Positions 1-13,136 of a DNA stretch of 64,000 bases are shown piece by piece. Made by a program: the position numbers and the translations under genes. The DNA lies in contig MU619256.1 of NCBI GenBank assembly GCA_025201805.1, forward strand, positions 118,343 to 182,342. Reading direction: 5' to 3'. The DNA comes from Parasitella parasitica NRRL 2501. Taxonomy: Eukaryota; Fungi; Mucoromycota. The first letter of the stretch is position 1, and each line of letters starts with the position of its first letter. The notes beneath the pieces were generated by a model. The model was given only the letters and a program-made list of their open reading frames with translations. It ran no database searches and was not told the origin of the DNA.

Positions 1-1
1 C

Positions 2-535
2 TGTCCCACCAGATTAGATGAAAACATCCACTCTCAACTTCGCGAAAAATACGGCGAGCAGCTCTTCAAGATGCAAAAGAGCGAAGAGTCGCTTCTTGTC
101 TATATCGATCTCTTCCAATTCGCCTGCCCCAAATTTCTTTCACCCAGCGGTAAGGGTGCCGACGCCCATCAAAACCAGCTCAAGGTATTCATGTCGGATA
201 TCGATATCCAGATCAACCTCCCCACTCTCCGTTCTTTCATGAAGCTCTACACGTCCATGGGCATTGACAAATTGGCTAAATTCTTGGAAATCGACTCTGA
301 GGAACTCAAGACTCAATTATTGATCTTTAAGCAAAAGTCTCGCCAATACAAGTGGGTCGAGGGCAACCTTTTGCAGGGCGAGTATCTACCTACGTCAGAT
401 GTTGATTTTTGCTTGAAGCAAGATGTTGTGCACATTGCTGAAAGCAAGGTCGGTCGTCGTTATGGCGATTGGTTCTTGCGCAACATCAACCGTTGTGAAG
501 ACATTTTGGCAAACTTGGAACTTAGCAGAGCATAA
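2..535 (+). CDS. EIF3L: Eukaryotic translation initiation factor 3 subunit L, C-terminal part (5' truncated by window edge)
   Basis: Open frame from base 2: CPTRLDENIHSQLREKYGE...LFQFACPKFLSP...LPTLRSFMKLYTSM...VHIAESKVGRRYGDWFLR, matching the eIF3L C-terminus; stop TAA 533-535. Confidence 0.9.
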   Translation, partial: CPTRLDENIHSQLREKYGEQLFKMQKSEESLLVYIDLFQFACPKFLSPSGKGADAHQNQLKVFMSDIDIQINLPTLRSFMKLYTSMGIDKLAKFLEIDSEELKTQLLIFKQKSRQYKWVEGNLLQGEYLPTSDVDFCLKQDVVHIAESKVGRRYGDWFLRNINRCEDILANLELSRA

Positions 536-986
536 ATTTACAACTGATTTCTCTTGTACACACCGCACATTTATTTTTACGAACCTTACTCTTTCTCTTC
601 TTTTTCTTGTTGAATTAAACTTGCACACAAACCATTTTGCCTCGGGAAAATCTGCTGCTCCAAGCTAGAAAAATCAAGATTGATTTGCCGTCATGTCATC
701 AATCATGGAAAACCTTTTCGTTTCACACTGATAAGACATCCTTAAACCAAAGACCGGGATTTCTTTTAATTAAGCAAGAAGCATGTCCATTTCTGATTTG
801 GACGCTCTTGAATGCCCGTTGAGCAGCACTTGAAGCCAACTTTTTGAGATTTTTCTCGGCAGATTTATGGCACCGGATTAAAAGATATTGCATTTGATAA
901 AATGGAACCCAGACCATGGTTGGAAAAAAAAAAAAAGAAAAACACGAACAAAAAGATGTGTGGGTACAGTTTCTTTTTTTAACAAC

Positions 987-3184
987 ATGTCAACGTTTGT
1001 CAGCGAACAAGTAAAGCGAATCAACGCATCACTTACGCAGTCATTTGAAAAGCACCTGGCCATCACTGCAAGCCTATCGTCGTTGGACGAGAGGGACAGA
1101 TTTTTGCTTGAAACGTCTCAAGCCATAGACTTGGGCAGTGCAAGCTTACCTTCCTTTGAAAAAGTGCAAGAGTATCTTGAAAAGTACAGCAAGCTCAAAA
1201 GCAGTCAAGATGACAATGCATTAGCAACTGCTTCTGCCGCTGATCCAGCCCTTGAATGGCTTTTTGTAGCTAAATGTGCAATTGCTATCTATGGTCAAGT
1301 GTTCTCCAAGGTGCTCAACCTGACTTTACCTATTTCCGAGTCCATTGACTATTGGAACAGCATCCAGGGGAGCACAATAAACGAATTATATTACGCAATG
1401 CAAGGTAATGAGGCTCTTCTTGTTATATAACTTGGAACGGCATGTACTGATCTTTTGGACAGTCGCACCGCATCGCATTTATTCGCTATTAAAGAATACA
1501 GTCAGCCAGATCAACACCGCATCTTCTGCTGTTGATCAAGTCAAATCACTCTTTACATCTTCCGACTATGTTTTATCTCAATTGTTCCCTATTCACGGCA
1601 GCACTGTTGGCAAGAACAAGGAGAAAAAGCAATCTCTCAAGCCCTTTAATGCGTTCAAGTTTTTCAACCTGTCTTCGTATCATCATCGTCCATTGATCCT
1701 CGAGATAATCAGCGATGAAGTTAGCCTCAAAAAGAAATCACTGCAGCAATTTCGCTCGGAACAGGCGGCCAGCTTGGGGGTTTTGCTCCTGACGCCGCCT
1801 CAGTTTAACAGCGAGGCTGATTTTGCAACTGCAACTGCAAAGGAAACCAAGAACTGCATCGAGGTGATTAAATACGTAATGGGATCATCTTTCAAGACCG
1901 CCGACAGCGATAGCAGCATCCAAAAGAACACACATCATCTGCAGCAACGGCTTAGTACGATGGACTTGAAAGGGACATCTGCAAATGATGCTACGGTAGA
2001 ATTGTACAACCTAGTGAGAAAATGGTCTTCCACTTACAATGGCAAACTGCAATGCATTCAGTCATCATACGGCATGCCGTCCTTGATGACACGCTATTGG
2101 ATCCCAGCACTAGGCTCTTACTTTGTTGGTAACATTGCCATCCGCTATGGATTCAAAAGAAAGAATGATATCATACACTGGATTGAAGAAATCGGTAAAA
2201 CGGCACACGATTTTGTGCTGAATTGGATTTGGGAGCCAGTCGTCAAAGTCTACGGGACAATAAGGCTCAAGGATCAAAGATTAAGCCTACTGAGTAAGGA
2301 GGGGCTTCAAAGCGACCTCGATGTAAGCTGTTCTGAAGCATGCGAAAAGAGCTGTCGTTGACATTTTATTCTAGTCACTAGAGCGTATGGTGGTCGGCTT
2401 TGCAAGAGACAATCTGCACATGTCAGAAAACGAATTATCTCGCCTAGCTATAGATATTCGTGAAGGCGATATGTCTGTGCTATTAAAAGAATACGAAAAG
2501 GAGATCAAGGTAAGCAGTGGATTTTCAACAAAAAGCGTTATATATATATATATATATATACTAACATTCTCTTTAGAACCCCTTGAAAAATGTTATCGTA
2601 GGTGATTTGTTGCAAACTATCCTCATTCAAGTACAAAAGACCAAAGTGGATGTCGATTTGGCCATGTCTGCATTAGACAAACTACTCAAATCAAACGAGT
2701 TGAATTTTGCCTTTTTAGGTATGTACTTTTTTTTTTAATTGACAAACACGCCTTTATTGTTCCTAATTTATATGCAGCGGTTGCACCATCAATGCTTTTG
2801 ACTTGGGCCTCTGTTTCTTGGTTTAAAAACACGATACAAGGAAGATCACAGCAAAAGATGAAAAAAACTGGCATCCCAATGAAAGAGACACTCCGTCGTA
2901 TAGAAAGACAACTGATCGTTGTAGAACCAATCCAGAACGATAAAGGAGAGCTCAATGAATGGAGTAGTAGTAACGATCAACATCAAATTGAGTGTGAAAC
3001 GCAAGGAATTCTACTGTGTGAAGTCCATTTATTGCGTGCATACGCTCGCTCGTTACCCCTTCGAAATTCAACTCGTGCACGATTTTTGGAGGATATCCGA
3101 GACTTGGAAAACCCATCGTTGACAAACGAACAAAAGATTCAAACCATTGCCCGAATGAGTAGATTTTGGAGCTTTTTAACTTGA
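987..3184 (+). CDS. NCA2: Nuclear control of ATPase protein 2 (NCA2 family, mitochondrial), 5 exons
   Basis: Spliced product contains [27 protein letters not shown]|SLERMV, YEKEIK|[51 protein letters not shown] and FLEDIRDLE; short GT-AG introns. Confidence 0.88.
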
Positions 3185-3482
3185 TTTTTTTTTTGTTGAT
3201 GTTTGAATGAAATTCTGATCATTAATCCCAATTCTACTCAATGCTAATCACAACGCATTTCCCATCGTCATCGAATATAGATATATATATATATATACTA
3301 TTTTCCTAAATGTTCTCCTTATCATAAAAAGAAACGTTACGTTACAATGGGAAACCCCCTTAATTTCAACTGTCCTGAAATAGATTTCCTGTTGTCAATA
3401 AATACCGTATTTTCTCTCATCGCTGTAGACTTTCTTTCTATCACTCATACACATAACATTCTGCAGAAAAGGAAAGAAAGAA

Positions 3483-3768
3483 ATGAAGTTAGCACTGGTA
3501 CTCTTGTTGGCTATCTACTGCATTCTCGCTAGTGCAATTCCTGATACAGTCTCCCAAAATGGTATTGCTGAATCTGGCCCATTCACAAACAAAGTCTCTG
3601 GCTCTGGCAGCAGCGCTCAAACATTCAGTCAGTCGACCACTGAATACACAACTCAGGATGGCCGCACCATTGTAAGTGATAATACCAACTTTCAACGTAG
3701 CTCTTCAAACGGTTACAAATTCCAACCAAAATCCTGGATCATTGCAACTACAATGTCATTAATTCTTT
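3483..3768 (+). CDS. Small secreted Ser/Thr-rich protein, possibly GPI-anchored; 3' end lost in N gap
   Basis: Signal peptide MKLALVLLLAIYCILASA, S/T/G-rich body, hydrophobic SWIIATTMSLIL running into the gap at 3769. Confidence 0.6.
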
Positions 3769-3833
3769 NNNNNNNNNNNNNNNNNNNNNNNNNNNNNNNN
3801 NNNNNNNNNNNNNNNNNNNNNNNNNNNNNNNNN
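3769..3833. other. Assembly gap (N run) abutting a poly-A tract
   Basis: Run of N in the sequence. Confidence 0.99.
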
Positions 3834-3988
3834 AAAAAAAAAAAAAAGAGAACAAATGATGTAACAAATCAATATGTTACAAAAGACCAGTTGAAAGAAG
3901 AAATCTCAAGACAATTGACTTTAGTGAGCAGCAGGAAGAGAAGACTGTCATATTAAATCATCCATCTTGTTTATTATCAGAGCTTGTC

Positions 3989-6900
3989 TCATGCTGTAAA
4001 AGATCTATTATGAAATAAAGTAGACTTATTAGTATGGTATTTGTAGAGCTCATCAAAAGTAATGTTGTTTATACCTGACCATGCGTTATGTTCAAACTCA
4101 TACACGATCTTTTCAGCATCAGAGCTCGTCATGTTGTCCATTGTTCCACTAATTGCGTAGTACTGGATGAACACATCCTCTTCAGTGTCATCCAAAGGTA
4201 GTGTTCCTGTGTCATTAATTCTGTTGACGTCGCATCCTCGAATATCAGTTGTTAAAGACATCCTTCGGATGGACAAAGCAGTGGCTCTCCTTGAAAGTAT
4301 TTTTGGCAGAGACATCCTTTCTTCTTCAGAAGATATACTAGACGCAAGAGAAACCGTCTGCCGTGCAATCATGGTTGATCTTCTAACAGGAGGGACACCT
4401 AATGTGATTGGTGTAATCGCAGCAGAGTTTCTTCTTTCCAGCAAACGTTTTCCTCCATTAGCAGATGTAGCAAAACGATCAGGTAACCGCAGTGAATGCT
4501 GTTGACCCAGCAATATTGTGTCTGCTACTTTGATTGAATCCAAGCTTTGTTGTCGTGCCTGATCTACTACGATTGTTGGAACTATACAATTGACATTAGT
4601 TTTTTTTTTTTTTTTTTTTTTCCTTCACACCTTCAGTAGAATGAACTTGTTGGCTCGGGGATCCAGTTTTTTGATTGCTTTGATTTGTTGATCTACCAAG
4701 CTGAAACAATGGGTTTGACCTTTCACGCTTTGGAGATGCTAATCTACTGCCTGGCCTCAACCAATTGTCCATTATAATCAAATTATTGCTATTGCTGGTC
4801 AAGATTTGACTATTTCTAGCTATTTGGCGCTTTTTCAAGTAGTTTCTTCTCTGGATCACCATATTCACTAGTCCTTTGGCACGTTCAGTCGCTAATTGTT
4901 TGCCAATCTTGTCTTGGATTCTAGCACGGGTTACTAATTCATCAAATCTGTACAAGCGTCGTGTTAATCTGCGTGTCGTAATATCGAGTACTTTGTATAT
5001 GAATGAGGTCTTACGTAAGTGATTTGGATATGTCTACTAGTCGAATTGCAAGAATCTCAAGCATCTGATAAAAAGCAATGCCGCGATGTGAAGCAGTATT
5101 TATGATTTCCTACATACCAGCAAGTTGGCGCAAAGCAATTTAATTTACGCTTGTTTGATTTATGAATACATACAAACCTGATAAACTTCAGCATATTGTC
5201 GTTTTCTCTCAACGAGAATTTCCGGATTAATATTGGCCAACCTTTTGTTAAATTCATACAAATTGAAAAATCGCTCGCCCAAGGTGTTATTTGTTTCTGT
5301 TGCATCTGACAAAGGAACAACGATTAAATGTCCCGTGTCGTTATCAAGTTGATTGCTTGCATCTAAAAGCGTATTCAACTTGTGTTCTTTTTCGTATATG
5401 CAAATTGAAAGGACACCCTCTAGTTGCTGTAAATATAACTGTTAGCATTGTATCGTTGAATGCCACTGCCACCTACACTTAGAAAGTTAGGGACATTGGC
5501 CACATCAATGAACCCAGTTGCTTTGGGATCAAATACTGCCCACGCTTTTTTAAAACTACAACGATTTAGCATTCTAATTCCAACCAACATGTATATATAT
5601 ATATAGCCTCATTAACTTACTCTCGAAGGTCTGATCTTGTAATCAGCGTGAACTGATTTCGTTTGTCAAACGTAAAAGAGAAATTATCAATAACGATCTG
5701 TTAATATATAGTAATAATCCAGAAAGTTAGGCAAACTCAAATAACTTGCAAAATCATACACTAACCACAGTGAAAAGGTTGACAAAGATATAAGTGCAAA
5801 CAACATAGAAACTAATGAATAATAAAATGGCGTAGGTCGGAAATCCACAATCGTCATTCCCTACACATTCAGGTGGTCGAACAGTAAAATCATGCATCAA
5901 AAAATCCTATTTACTCATGATTAACCATGTTTTCAGCAATAACACCCTAATGATTACCCAATTTTCACCAGTGGTAATACGAAACAATGTAAGTATAGTG
6001 TTGAACAATGATCTAAAGTTTGCATGTTCATTTCCGTAAGGTCCATAACGTGTTGATGAGAATTCTTCTTGAAAGGCTACACCGAAACACACAATGACAA
6101 TAAAGAAAACGGACGACACAAAGAAAATGGATGGCAAAGCTCGTCTATTTTGTTGCAATCAACACCAATCTACAGTAAAAATATGGATAGCGACAGAGAA
6201 CACTTACTTTACAGATCTAAACAGTGTGTCTAGTGATTCATTACGCTGTGCTAAACGAAACGCTATACCAACCAAGCACAATTTTCTCAACATGTCCATT
6301 CCAAACTTCAAACAGTGTGAGTAGTTGTAGCTTAAATCAGTATGAACTTACTGGTATATCACCAAAGTATTTTGGGACGGACGTAAATATAGCTAGCCAT
6401 ACTAGAACCATATCATAAATATTCCATTTTGCAGATGCCCACTTGTATAGCCCTAGCCCAACTATTTTCACACCCATTTCTAACACGTAGAGACACAGAC
6501 AAGTGGCATTTAACGCATCTTTAGTCAGCAGTTAGTATACGATAATGTCTATACGCACGGTCTTACCTTGTAAATGCCCTAACCATTCGGGCTGATGCAA
6601 ATGTTCTGTGGCAAATACCATAATATTTGCTGCTAGGACAGTAGCCATAAAATGTGCAAACTTGCCTCGCTTGTCAATGACTAAATCGTAGCAAAAGGCC
6701 CTTAACGAACCGTCTGGAGGCCTTTCTGATTTTCTAGACGGTTTTACCAGCGCTAGTTGTCTTTGCAAATCTTGAAATTGTCTTTGTGTATTTGTCAACG
6801 AAGATATGCCGCTTTTTTGTTTGAAAATCTCCAAAAATACCTAACACCAAAATCAATTGAGTTATTCTGCCATAGCTCCTAAATTTGCATACTTTACACC

Positions 6901-9900
6901 AATAAACAGCTGAATAGAACACAGAGATGCGACAAACATGAAAATTACATAGTAGAGCGAATAAAAGATAGATGACGATGACCAGCTGAATTGCGGCTGT
7001 GAATCACTATCATCTGGAATGACACTCATAGCCGTGAATAACGACAGGATCTACATTGTACGGGCCATCATCAATACACAATAAACACACTTTATCCCAA
7101 ATTTACTTGCCCATCCTTCGCCAGACGCACACTCAAACAGGTGCAACAATGCCTGTCCAAACGTATCAAAAGAGTAATCATAAGGATTTTTCCATGTTCT
7201 CGGCAGCAGTATACCAAAAGTGTCACTGTCTGTAGACTGAAATTCCCCAGAGCATCCTTGTCGTGATCCAATATCGTCGTCGTTACAGATGGAAAATCTA
7301 CCACTGAACAGATAACAGCCATAGATGGCAAACGGCACAAACACCAAAAAGTTTAGAGCAAGGGCATCAATCATTTTAGGCAGACCGTAGACCAAGTCCA
7401 GGAAGATGACACGCATTCCACGTACATAATATACAATGCGCATAGCTCTCAATGTTCTCAGAATCCTCAGATATCCACTGTAATCTGTCGTTTTTTTAGG
7501 CAAATCCACAACTGTAGCATTAAGAGCAATGAGGACGATTTGGCCTGTTAAATTCATCATATCGAGCAAATTCCATGCGTTCCGCATATACGACTTGGGA
7601 AGCATAAACACTCCGTCAGCCACCATGTGTATAAACACATCAAACCAGTATATCACAAGAAGCAATGCATGCAAGGGCTCAATTACGCTGCGAACCAGTA
7701 CAGGATGTTCTTCTCGGTTCGATTCGTCTGCCCACAATGCAAGTAAAGTGCTCACGCAAATCAGCCCCACAATACACCGATTGTAGCTTTCTGCGCTTGC
7801 AAGATGGGTGCACACTCTACGAATGACATTGTCCTTTTTCAAAATGATGATGGAGCGAAATACATTCAAGTTCTCCACAATCACTGCCTTGTTTTCTCGT
7901 GCAACGTTGAGTTCGTACTCATCACCATATTTTACAAGCGGTTCCTCATCACGATCAATGTATGGAATGGATTCTGCATCCAAGCAAAGACTATGGCTAC
8001 TGTATTGCGACAGGGCAGAGGCTCTTCTTCCGCTCGCTGCGCTCTTTTGAGATAGTATAGACGATGGCCTTTTCCTCATAGACTGAGATTGGCCTTGTCC
8101 AGAAGTAGAGAAATAGGACATGTTTCTATTTGCAGACTCTGCAGGTGAATATGGGTTAAACTCGTCGCTGTTACTGTTGTCCTGGCCCAAGAAATCTTTG
8201 AATTTGCTTGAAGTGACATGTGCAACCAAGTTGGATGGTATATTTTTGAAATCGAGCTTTTTCTCATCTTGAATGATAAACAGAGGCAATAAAAGTCTAT
8301 TTTGAAACAGTTAATCGTTTCTCCCGAAAGAGAAAAAGATGCAGTATCTTTGTACCTGCTAATGGTGTCCATTTTAAAGTATTCTGGTTTCCACCGATGC
8401 TCTCTAATGTATTTTTTGATCTGAATTTGCTTTATCTCTTCTTCATCCAAATCAAAGTTTTCCATAATAACAGCAATGAAAAGATTGAGGACCATATCTA
8501 TAAATGTCAGCCATTAAACAAGGACGTTTAGGGTTGCGCTGCAACTTACAATGGACTGAAAAGTAAAGAAATATCATATAGATGGCAGCATAGGAGACGG
8601 AGGCTTCTTTTTGACTATGCATGGCATCGTACAGAATATCTGTCCAGTTTTCACCAGTCATGATCTGAAAGAGTGCCAAAAAAGCCTGATATGAATTGTC
8701 AAATCGCATTGATGGTTCATCCTGCTCAATAAATTTGAAATCACCTCCAAATAACTGAACAGAGATAGGTGATAACAACAGCAGAACCAGAAATGTGAAA
8801 AAGGTAAGATTCAGGATGCCTTGGCCATCACCAATGGCGTCTGACTAATGAATAATGTCCTTAGCTGTCCATTAATCATCACAAAATTGTGAAAATTTAT
8901 AAATACCAGTAGTACTAATACACCTGGAAACAAGTAGGCAATGCGATAGGATCGGCACACACTAAATACTAGCAAGTATATGTGGTACTTGCTCTCTCTC
9001 ACAAACGAAAACTCGTCTACTACTGTTGCAATCGCGATGACTAGATCCACACGGTTTCTTATTCTTTGCCAATATTGCTTCCAATGCAAGCATCCATAGA
9101 TACGGACAAGTACTTCGAGTGCAAATATAAGCGTATATATCCTACCAACAAGATCTATATGTGATGTATCAGTATCCTTTATATTTGTATATATTGCATC
9201 AGACAGCATACCATAGTATGCCTTGTCCTGTGTCGACATATTTTTACTATAGAACATCATGGCAAACACGTTCAAAACCACCAGAATACTGCCAAAATAA
9301 GGAAACAAGGCATGATGTGTAATATAATGTGCCCATCCTTGTATCAAAGACCTGGTCTGGAGATGACCACCTAAGCCTGTTCCTTCATAGATCCATTCTT
9401 CATGGTCTTCGTCCTCGTGCGCTTGTTGCTCCTGCTGATGGACCTTGTGTCGCTTACCAGACGCTAGCAGCAGTCTTGCCTTTCGTGTAGATGAAAATGC
9501 ACTCTCTCGCATGTCACCTCGGATATGGGAAAACGAAGTTGTAATGACAGCAATAAACATAGGGACCATTATAAATGTCATCAAATAGATGCAGAACGAA
9601 TAAAAGATAGCAGCCCCAAGGTTGGAGACACTATCTTGCGTAATATAAAGCAAGTCAGTCCAGTTTTCAGTAGAGATTACAGTCAATATGTTCAGCATTG
9701 TATAAAAGATGTTTTTGTAGCTCATGTAGCCGTACTCTGGCTGGTTAGCCACATCTTGTATGCAGACTTGCCCCAGTTTACAAAATAGCCCATCACCGCC
9801 AGGATGCGTGTTTTGAGTGCCAGTGTTGACATCGTAGGGACCAGTTCGCTCGTTTGCGCTTGTCATGTAGCCACTGCAGGAAATACGAGGTTCCACGTAT

Positions 9901-12697
9901 TGTATATCCACTGGATTCTTGTGTAGTCCATTTTCTGGCCAAACAGCACATCGTCTACTGAAAGCATTCATGAATATAAACAGGGCAGCCAAAGAAAATA
10001 GCAGCCAAAAAAAGACAAAAAACCCCAGGACGTTCTTGAGCATGTCGTAGCTGCTGCTAAGCGATTTCATAATGACGGTGGTGCCTTCAGTGATGACCAA
10101 AAGTCGAAGCAAGCGAACGGCAGCCAATGCTTGGAATATAGGGTATGGACGTCTGGATAGATAGAGCACCGTCAGCAGATCGATCCAGTACGATGATACT
10201 GCTATCAGATCCATAATGTTGGCAAGGCTGGAAAGGAAGCTCTTGTGAGTCACTTTGAGGAAATCAACCTCGTTTTCCTCAGCAGAGGAGGTGCGGAGAG
10301 GGTGTGGATTCAAGCTAGCAAGCACTTGCTGTTCAGCCGCGGAAAGAATAGACTTGGCGTCTTCGCTGTCTGCCTCTTCTATTCGTGTACGATGCTTTTG
10401 AGGAACTGACAAGCGAGGGCCGCTGTTATAGACTGACTCCAAATCATCCAGGCAGGATGAAGAGCAATTCCGCATAATAGTGGTATTTTCTGTCATTGCT
10501 GCCGGCGATGCTGAGCTTGAGGATGGAGGCCCGGATAGATTACTGCCTGTACCAAGACTGTGTGCCGCATATTTTGGGTAGATTCTTTCGGTGCTTGATA
10601 TGATAGAAGCATTAGCGGATGATGTGGATCTCGGTGTGTGCGCAAATGATGGTATTTGGCTTTGACGATGGTGAGATCGGATATAATTTGAGGTGGTATC
10701 GTGCTCGTCTCCATCACTATCATCTTGTGAAATCGCAGATTCAGCATCGTTTACACGAACGACGGAAAAAAAGCTAGTCTTCCTTTGGGTATCACGGATG
10801 CGCTTGAGCCATGATTGTAAACTGGGTCTCGAGTGCGAATGTGTGCTGAGAATCAAGCCATATACAATGATTTTTGAAGCCATTTCAAAGCTACAAATGG
10901 CTGATTAGTAAATATATATATATATATATATTTATATAAATTATATACAATATACTGCTCTGTGTGTTTATACTTACGTATAGATAATGTATATCAGCAA
11001 AAGCAGAAAATCACCAATCCTGCTAAAGAGCGCTGCATCTTTGTTGAACAAAACGGGCACAAATGACATTAAAATCCACTGTGTAAGCAGCAACAGTAAT
11101 ACAAGTACCTCAAACCATCTAAATACCCAAAAAAAATCAGTTGCCGTTTACATTATACATCTGATTTCAAGAGTTCCTACTGTGAACCAACGATTTTCCA
11201 GAGACAGAGCCTAGTTGGGCTTGTGGGCGAAAAAAGGAATAATGACCATCCTTCAAATCTGATTTGCGTGTTGTGCTCTTCATGGCACTGATTCTGCTGC
11301 AGACGAATGACTGGGCGACACAGATGCTTTCTGAATTTCGAAAATTTGAGCTTGAGATTTTTTAGATCATTTGACAGTGCCCTGAAATGAGGGAAGGTTT
11401 GTGGCGGCGGCGGCGGCACTAGTCTATCTGTTTCGGACGCTGTGTAATGAATTTGGCTACCCTCTGACCCTGACCTCGATATACTGGGTATACGACTAAT
11501 GGATGCAAAAGGGAAAATGTCGCCTAAACTACCAAGGTTGCGACTCTTACTGCGTTTCTGTGGTGAGCAAAGTAGAGGAGAAGTTTCATCTTGATGTTCT
11601 TCGTCTGTAACGGATAAAACAGCTTGATCTTGACCTGGATGAATGCTGTCCTCTGTTTCTTCAACAAACAGCTCGATAATGGGATGGTTTGCTGCGATGC
11701 AAGGGGTTTGCAGACCATCCTCATTTGATATATTCGTATCGTCATCTTCACTGTCGCTACTGCTGTCCTTGCTCTGTCCACTCTTCAATACATACAGATA
11801 TCGCGACAGAGAGTTCAGTTCTTCAATCGACAATTTTGTGTCTGCTGGTTCAGAGACCCTGCTATCAACTACTCGTGATGCAATAACCCCTAGTTTGTGC
11901 AAGATTGTATATATGGTGGACTGATAGTGTCTTTTCTTGTTTTTTTTTGTTCGATTGAGGGCAATGTGTGCAGCAGATAGTCGCACTAGGCCAGAAAAAC
12001 GTCGTGGTGGACCTGATGAAACTGGCTGCTGCTGGGGTGTACAATTACTAGTGTTGGAAGCACCACTTGTGTTGACAGAGCGACTATGGGTAGATTGTTT
12101 TTTTTTAGCAACTGAACCATAGGAGTGATTTCGGTTGCTATCATTGAGTGTCCTGTTTGAAGATGAAACATGAGATGCGGAAAATGCATGGCGCTGTCCA
12201 TGAAGACGGTGATGATGGTGGTGATTATGCTTGCTGTGGTTGTGCCTTGGATTTTGCCTTGAAAAGCCACGACTGAAATGTGCTCCGTACTGAGAATTGG
12301 GTGAGTTAATCGAAGCACCCGAGCTCTCCGAGCCCATCTTTTCAAACGGTGTAGCTAGTGCCATTGGCGAGTTGTCTTCATTATATACATGACGAGCAAT
12401 GTTACCATTCGATATACTCCGGCGCCTTTGAATCACCCTTACTCCTGTTGCAGGTCCGTCTGAAAGCAGCAAATCTAACCTATCTTTCTTTTCCAGCATG
12501 TCTCTTGTCAACGGCTGTGCATACTGGCCTTGGTCTTGCGGTGAAATACTGCTTTGTAAAGGGGATACAGGACTATTGCTGGAGGAATATTTTGATGGTC
12601 GCACAGACTCCTGGCTGTCAGATGTAAGAGATGTAGCAATTTGTTCACCAAATCGATAGCTATTGAGTTGACGAATGCTATTTGATGGAGAGCTCAT
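3989..12697 (-). CDS. CCH1: Four-domain Cch1/NALCN-family calcium channel alpha subunit, multi-exon
   Basis: Four 6TM repeats with pore loops ISTENW, MTGENW, ASGEGW, TTGENW. Also S6 motifs LNLFIAVIMENF and VNLFTVIVIDNF, III-IV linker SGISSLTNTQRQFQDLQRQL, and charge-poor S4 segments. Exons join in frame from ATG 12697 to stop 3989. Confidence 0.93.
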
Positions 12698-12926
12698 ATA
12701 ACATCAAGTAGCCTTATTCCAGATGTAAATTGTGCCCAACAAGAGATTTTATATCGAGAAAAGGATGAGAATCATTGAGGTTTCTCGGGAGATTTTATAG
12801 ACGTTTGAGTGTGGAAGAGCCATGTGGAGCTATTGGCTCAGCTATTTTTGACTGTTGTAAAAGGTGAAACTCATTCATTTTGGTTTTTTCACGCTTTGGA
12901 AGCTTTACCCTCATATTACGTACACG

Positions 12927-13067
12927 ATGAATTTCTCATGCGGTTGTATATTTGACAAGACAATTAAAGAGCCTCGCTTCAAGAAATCAAAGCACTTTGA
13001 GGACCTGAGTGCCAGTTTCGCCATCAATGCCAAAAATGAACAACTAGGAGCACAGTAAATATGCTTG

Positions 13068-13136
<69 letters not shown>

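Noticed and set aside
888-986. Upstream extension of the NCA2 ORF (KKKKRK)
   Set aside because: Derived from A-tract leader sequence; ATG 987 has a better context.
3834-3956. Basic C-terminal extension of the secreted-protein ORF
   Set aside because: The frame is bridged only through an N gap; the stop is probably in the gap.
3989-12697. U12-type introns in the channel gene (common in animal channels)
   Set aside because: No RTATCCTT donors seen in the introns examined; all look U2-type.
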